Shown here in pieces: positions 28,416 through 32,000 of a stretch of 32,000 bases of DNA. Source of the stretch: an uncultured Clostridia bacterium (GTDB taxonomy: Bacteria; Bacillota; Clostridia; Christensenellales; CAG-314); the NCBI GenBank assembly GCA_934294965.1, contig CAKRAM010000075.1, positions 1 to 32,000 of the forward strand, read 5' to 3'. A program made the position numbers and the translations under genes. Position 1 is the stretch's first letter, and each line of letters opens with the position of its first letter. The notes under the pieces were generated by a model, which did no database searches, was not told the DNA's origin, and was given only the letters and a program-made list of their open reading frames with translations.

Positions 28416-29462
28416 ATGCAAAAAATCATTTTGACGGGGGACCGTCCGACCGGTAGATTGCACATCGGTCACTATGTAGGCTCTTTGCGTGAACGCGTTC
28501 GTTTGCAAAATAGCGGAGAGTTTGACAAGATTTTTATTATGATTGCCGACGCGCAGGCGTTGACCGATAACTACGACAATCCGGAAAAAGTTCGCTCTAA
28601 CGTTTTGCAAGTGGCGTTGGACTATCTTGCGTGCGGAGTGGATCCGGACAAGTCCACTTTGTTTATTCAGTCCATGGTTCCGCAGCTTACCGAGTTGACT
28701 TTTTACTATCTCAATTTGGTAACGCTTTCCCGTTTGGAGCGCAACCCTACGGTAAAAACCGAAATAAAGTTGCGTGATTTCGGCAATAGCATTCCTGTGG
28801 GATTTTTGACCTATCCCATCAGTCAGGCTGCGGACATCACTGCGTTCAAAGCAACATGCGTGCCTGCAGGCGAAGACCAAAAACCGATGATAGAGCAGTG
28901 TCAGGAAATTGTTCGCAAGTTCAATTCTATCTACGGAGAAACGCTTGTCGAGCCGCAAATTTTGTTACCTTCCAACAAAACCTGTTGCCGTTTGCCCGGA
29001 ACCGACGGCAAGTCAAAAATGAGCAAATCGCTTGGCAATTGCATTTACCTTTCGGACAGCGCGGACGTAATCAAAACAAAGGTTATGTCCATGTTTACCG
29101 ATCCAAATCACCTTCGCGTGGAAGATCCCGGTCAGGTGGAGGGCAACCCCGTGTTCACCTATTTGGACGCTTTTTGCACCGACGATTGCTTTGCGGAATT
29201 TTTGCCGGAATACGCTTCTTTGGACGAACTTAAGGACCATTACCGTCGTGGCGGTTTGGGCGACGTAAAAATCAAAAAGTTCCTCATCAAAATTTTGCAA
29301 GCCGAACTTGCGCCCATTTTGCAACGTAGGCTATCGTGGGAGCAACGCGAATCGGACGTTTATGAAATTTTGAAGCAAGGCTCTGTTGTGGCGGCGGCAA
29401 AAGCGCAAGAAACGCTGGACGAAGTGCGCCACGCAATGAAAATAGACTATTTCAAGCTGTAA
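28416..29462 (+). CDS. trpS: Tryptophanyl-tRNA synthetase
   Basis: [24 protein letters not shown] (HIGH); [18 protein letters not shown] (KMSKS). Confidence 0.96.
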   Translation: MQKIILTGDRPTGRLHIGHYVGSLRERVRLQNSGEFDKIFIMIADAQALTDNYDNPEKVRSNVLQVALDYLACGVDPDKSTLFIQSMVPQLTELTFYYLNLVTLSRLERNPTVKTEIKLRDFGNSIPVGFLTYPISQAADITAFKATCVPAGEDQKPMIEQCQEIVRKFNSIYGETLVEPQILLPSNKTCCRLPGTDGKSKMSKSLGNCIYLSDSADVIKTKVMSMFTDPNHLRVEDPGQVEGNPVFTYLDAFCTDDCFAEFLPEYASLDELKDHYRRGGLGDVKIKKFLIKILQAELAPILQRRLSWEQRESDVYEILKQGSVVAAAKAQETLDEVRHAMKIDYFKL

Positions 29463-29470
29463 AAATAAAA

Positions 29471-29498
29471 CAGTCACACGCTTGTGGCTGTTTTTTGT
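29471..29498 (+). terminator. Intrinsic terminator after trpS
   Basis: AACAGTCACA-CGCT-TGTGGCTGTT followed by TTTT (one G:U pair). Confidence 0.87.
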
Positions 29499-29585
29499 AG
29501 CAAGTGCCGAGTTTGTGTTTGCAAACGTTTTTTGTTGAAAATCGGCTTCGGCAACTTGTGTTAGGTAAGGAGTAACACATTTACC

Positions 29586-30131
29586 ATGGTCAAAGATTTG
29601 CCTGTCGACTTGATTTCGATGGCGTCGGAACAAGGTTTTTCGGCTGCCGCACTTATGGAAGTCGACCAAGTGCCGTTGAACAGCGATTTCAGACAGTTTT
29701 GCGAGCAAAACGCTTGCGGAAACTACAACGCTAACTATTCTTGTCCGCCGACTTGCGGAACGTTCGAGCAAATGCGCGAAAGGCTTCATGCTTACAAAAA
29801 CGCCTTGTTTTTGCAATCGAGGTGGTACTTGCCGGATTTGTCCGACAAAAAATCCGTTACCGCCGTCAGAAAAACTCACAACGAACACATGATGGTGATG
29901 GCGGGCGTGCTAAACGCGTTGGGTATTTCCACTTTAATTTGCGGTTCCAGCAGTTGCCTTTTGTGCGAGCAGTGTGCAGATCTTAGCGGAGAACCTTGTC
30001 GCAATCCGAACTTGGCGTACAGTTGCCTTTCGGCATACTGCGTGGACGTTTTCGAACTGTGCAAAAAGTTGGGGTGGGACGCATCGTACAAGGACGGCTA
30101 TTTGACCTTTTACGGAATTTTGGCGTTTTGA
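29586..30131 (+). CDS. DUF2284-like Cys-rich, putative metal-binding protein
   Basis: CEQNACGNYNANYSCPPTCGTFEQM; CGSSSCLLCEQCADLSGEPCRNPNLAYSCLSAYCVDVFELCKKLGW. Confidence 0.8.
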   Translation: MVKDLPVDLISMASEQGFSAAALMEVDQVPLNSDFRQFCEQNACGNYNANYSCPPTCGTFEQMRERLHAYKNALFLQSRWYLPDLSDKKSVTAVRKTHNEHMMVMAGVLNALGISTLICGSSSCLLCEQCADLSGEPCRNPNLAYSCLSAYCVDVFELCKKLGWDASYKDGYLTFYGILAF

Positions 30132-30443
30132 AGTTAAACGGGGCTATCCTAAATCAAAATTCTAATTTTCGGCCACACTAAGTACGGAAGTTCAAATCTC
30201 CGCAGTTCGGCAGTTTCGCCCGCCGTGGCGGTAATCGCATCCAAGCGCCGCAGTGCGTCGTTATTGTCGTTTGCGTGGCGGATTAAGTAGAACTACCCCA
30301 AAGTTAAACTCTTGTTTTTCGGTCACGCAATAAGTCTGCAAAGCATTGCATTTGGCGGTTAAACAAATAAACATATCAAATCAAAAATCATATCGTAGCC
30401 GCGACATTACGAAAGCGGCAATAAAAAACGGAGGTAAGGTACA

Positions 30444-31598
30444 ATGAAAATAGCAAGAGACGTCATTTACGTCGGAGTAAACGATCATCAAGTAGACTTG
30501 TTCGAGGGCATGTACAAAGTGCCTAACGGAATGTCCTACAATTCCTACGTCATTTTGGACGAAAAAATTGCCGTAATGGACACGGTGGACAAGCACTTCA
30601 CCGAGCAATGGCTCGGCAATTTGGAACAAGCTTTGCAAGGCAAAACTCCCGACTATTTGGTTGTTCAACATATGGAGCCGGATCACTCGGCAAGCATCAC
30701 CGCATTTACCGAAAAGTATCCGCAAGCGGTTGTAGTGGCTAACGACAAGGCGTTTGTGATGGTGGACAACTTTTTCGGAAAATCCGCTTGCCCAAACCGT
30801 CTATCGGTAAGCAACGGACAAACGCTGGACTTGGGCAAACATTCGCTAACGTTCGTGTTTGCGCCCATGGTGCATTGGCCGGAAGTTATGGTGACGTACG
30901 ACAAAACGGCAAAAATATTGTTTTCGGCGGACGCCTTCGGCAAATTCGGCGCATTGGACGTGGAAGACGACGATTGGGCTTGTGAAGCGCGCAGATACTA
31001 TTTCGGTATCGTGGGCAAGTACGGCGTACCCGCACAAAACTTGCTAAAAGCGGCAAAAAATTTGGACATTCAAACCATTTGCCCTCTTCACGGTCCCGTT
31101 CTTTCGGAAAACCTCGGCTACTACTTGGGTTTGTACAACACTTGGTCGTCTTACGGAGTGGAAACCGAGGGCGTTTGCCTGTGCTATACGTCGGTTTACG
31201 GTCACACCGAACAAGCGGCATTGTTGCTTGTCGACGAACTTCGCAAAAACGGCGTAAAGGTTGCCGTGAACGACCTTGCTCGTTGCGATATGGCGGAAGC
31301 CGTGGAAGACGCGTTCCGTTACGGAAAGTTGGTTTTGGCAACAACTACCTATGCAGGCACGGTGTTCCCGTTCATGCGTGAATTTTTGGCAAACATCACC
31401 GAACGCGGCTATCAAAACCGCACGGTTGCTCTTATCGAAAACGGCAGTTGGGCGCCCACTGCGGCAAAAGTTATGCGTTCAGCATTTGAAAAATGCAAAA
31501 ACGTAACTGTTTTGCCCGACGATATTACTATTCTTTCGGCAATGACCGAACAAAATAAGTTGCAAATTGCCGATTTGGCAAAGGCTCTTGCCGAGTAG
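30444..31598 (+). CDS. A-type flavodiiron protein (beta-lactamase-fold diiron domain + flavodoxin domain)
   Basis: VVQHMEPDHSASITAF; FVFAPMVHWPEVMVTY; ICPLHGPVL; flavodoxin segment LCYTSVYGHTEQAALLLVDEL. Confidence 0.93.
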   Translation: MKIARDVIYVGVNDHQVDLFEGMYKVPNGMSYNSYVILDEKIAVMDTVDKHFTEQWLGNLEQALQGKTPDYLVVQHMEPDHSASITAFTEKYPQAVVVANDKAFVMVDNFFGKSACPNRLSVSNGQTLDLGKHSLTFVFAPMVHWPEVMVTYDKTAKILFSADAFGKFGALDVEDDDWACEARRYYFGIVGKYGVPAQNLLKAAKNLDIQTICPLHGPVLSENLGYYLGLYNTWSSYGVETEGVCLCYTSVYGHTEQAALLLVDELRKNGVKVAVNDLARCDMAEAVEDAFRYGKLVLATTTYAGTVFPFMREFLANITERGYQNRTVALIENGSWAPTAAKVMRSAFEKCKNVTVLPDDITILSAMTEQNKLQIADLAKALAE

Positions 31599-31650
31599 TT
31601 GCTTGGAATCGGCAGTTTCGGCGGCGGTTTTGATAGCCGCAATCTCCAAA

Positions 31651-31679
31651 TTGCCTAGGCAAGTAATTTGTGATATAAT
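31651..31679 (+). promoter_or_regulatory. Sigma-A promoter for pth
   Basis: TTGCCT (31651-31656), 17-nt spacer, TATAAT (31674-31679). Confidence 0.8.
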
Positions 31680-31720
31680 GTTTATAAACGAAACAAAACT
31701 CGTTTGCAAAGAGGAAAACT

Positions 31721-32000
31721 ATGTATTTGGTAGTGGGGCTCGGAAACCCCGATAAGCAATATCTTAACACTTGGCACAACGTGGGCTTTATGTGCTTGGA
31801 CATGCTTGCAAAAAAACTCGGAGTAGAGTTCAACAAGGGCGAGTGCAAATCCGTAACCGCTTCAACCAAAATCAACGGCGAAAAGGTTATTTTGGCAAAA
31901 CCCGTAACCTACATGAATCTTTCCGGCGAAGCCGTCATTGAGTTGTGCAACAAGTACAAAATAGAAAAAGGTCATCTTATCGTCGTTTATGATGATGTGG
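31721..32000 (+). CDS. pth: Peptidyl-tRNA hydrolase, N-terminal part (truncated by window end)
   Basis: Manual translation MYLVVGLGNPDKQYLNTWHNVGFMCLDMLAKKLG...KPVTYMNLSGEAV...YDDV; GAGGA SD; absent from the ORF track because it has no stop in the window. Confidence 0.95.
   Translation, partial: MYLVVGLGNPDKQYLNTWHNVGFMCLDMLAKKLGVEFNKGECKSVTASTKINGEKVILAKPVTYMNLSGEAVIELCNKYKIEKGHLIVVYDDV

Overview
The window reads as one end of a Clostridia-like genome in two parts. (1) Positions 1-15325 hold a dense, fully + strand S10/spc/alpha ribosomal supercluster: rplC(partial)-rplD-rplW-rplB-rpsS-rplV-rpsC-rplP-rpmC-rpsQ-rplN-rplX-rplE-rpsZ-rpsH-rplF-rplR-rpsE-rpmD-rplO-secY-adk-map-KOW protein-infA-rpmJ-rpsM-rpsK-rpsD-rpoA-rplQ. 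(2) Positions 16044-27980 hold a cobalamin-riboswitch-controlled locus, the most interesting part. A consensus-like promoter, a cobalamin riboswitch and an intrinsic terminator precede two large putative lipoproteins. One is Listeria-Bacteroides-repeat/BspA-LRR/Ig-like; the other has Ig-like repeats plus a DUF4430/transcobalamin-like beta domain. Next come a membrane-anchored alpha/alpha-barrel (prenyltransferase-like, transcobalamin alpha-domain-like) protein and a membrane-anchored DUF4430 protein. The locus ends with a dedicated ECF transporter (EcfT, fused EcfA-EcfA', S component). I read it as a candidate Gram-positive surface B12 capture and uptake system in which the two domains of mammalian intrinsic factor/transcobalamin are encoded as adjacent membrane-anchored proteins. 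Ligand, domain assignment and novelty are inferred from sequence and are untested. Downstream are trpS, a DUF2284-like Cys-rich protein, an A-type flavodiiron protein and the start of pth. No CRISPR, tRNA, rRNA or transposon was recognised.
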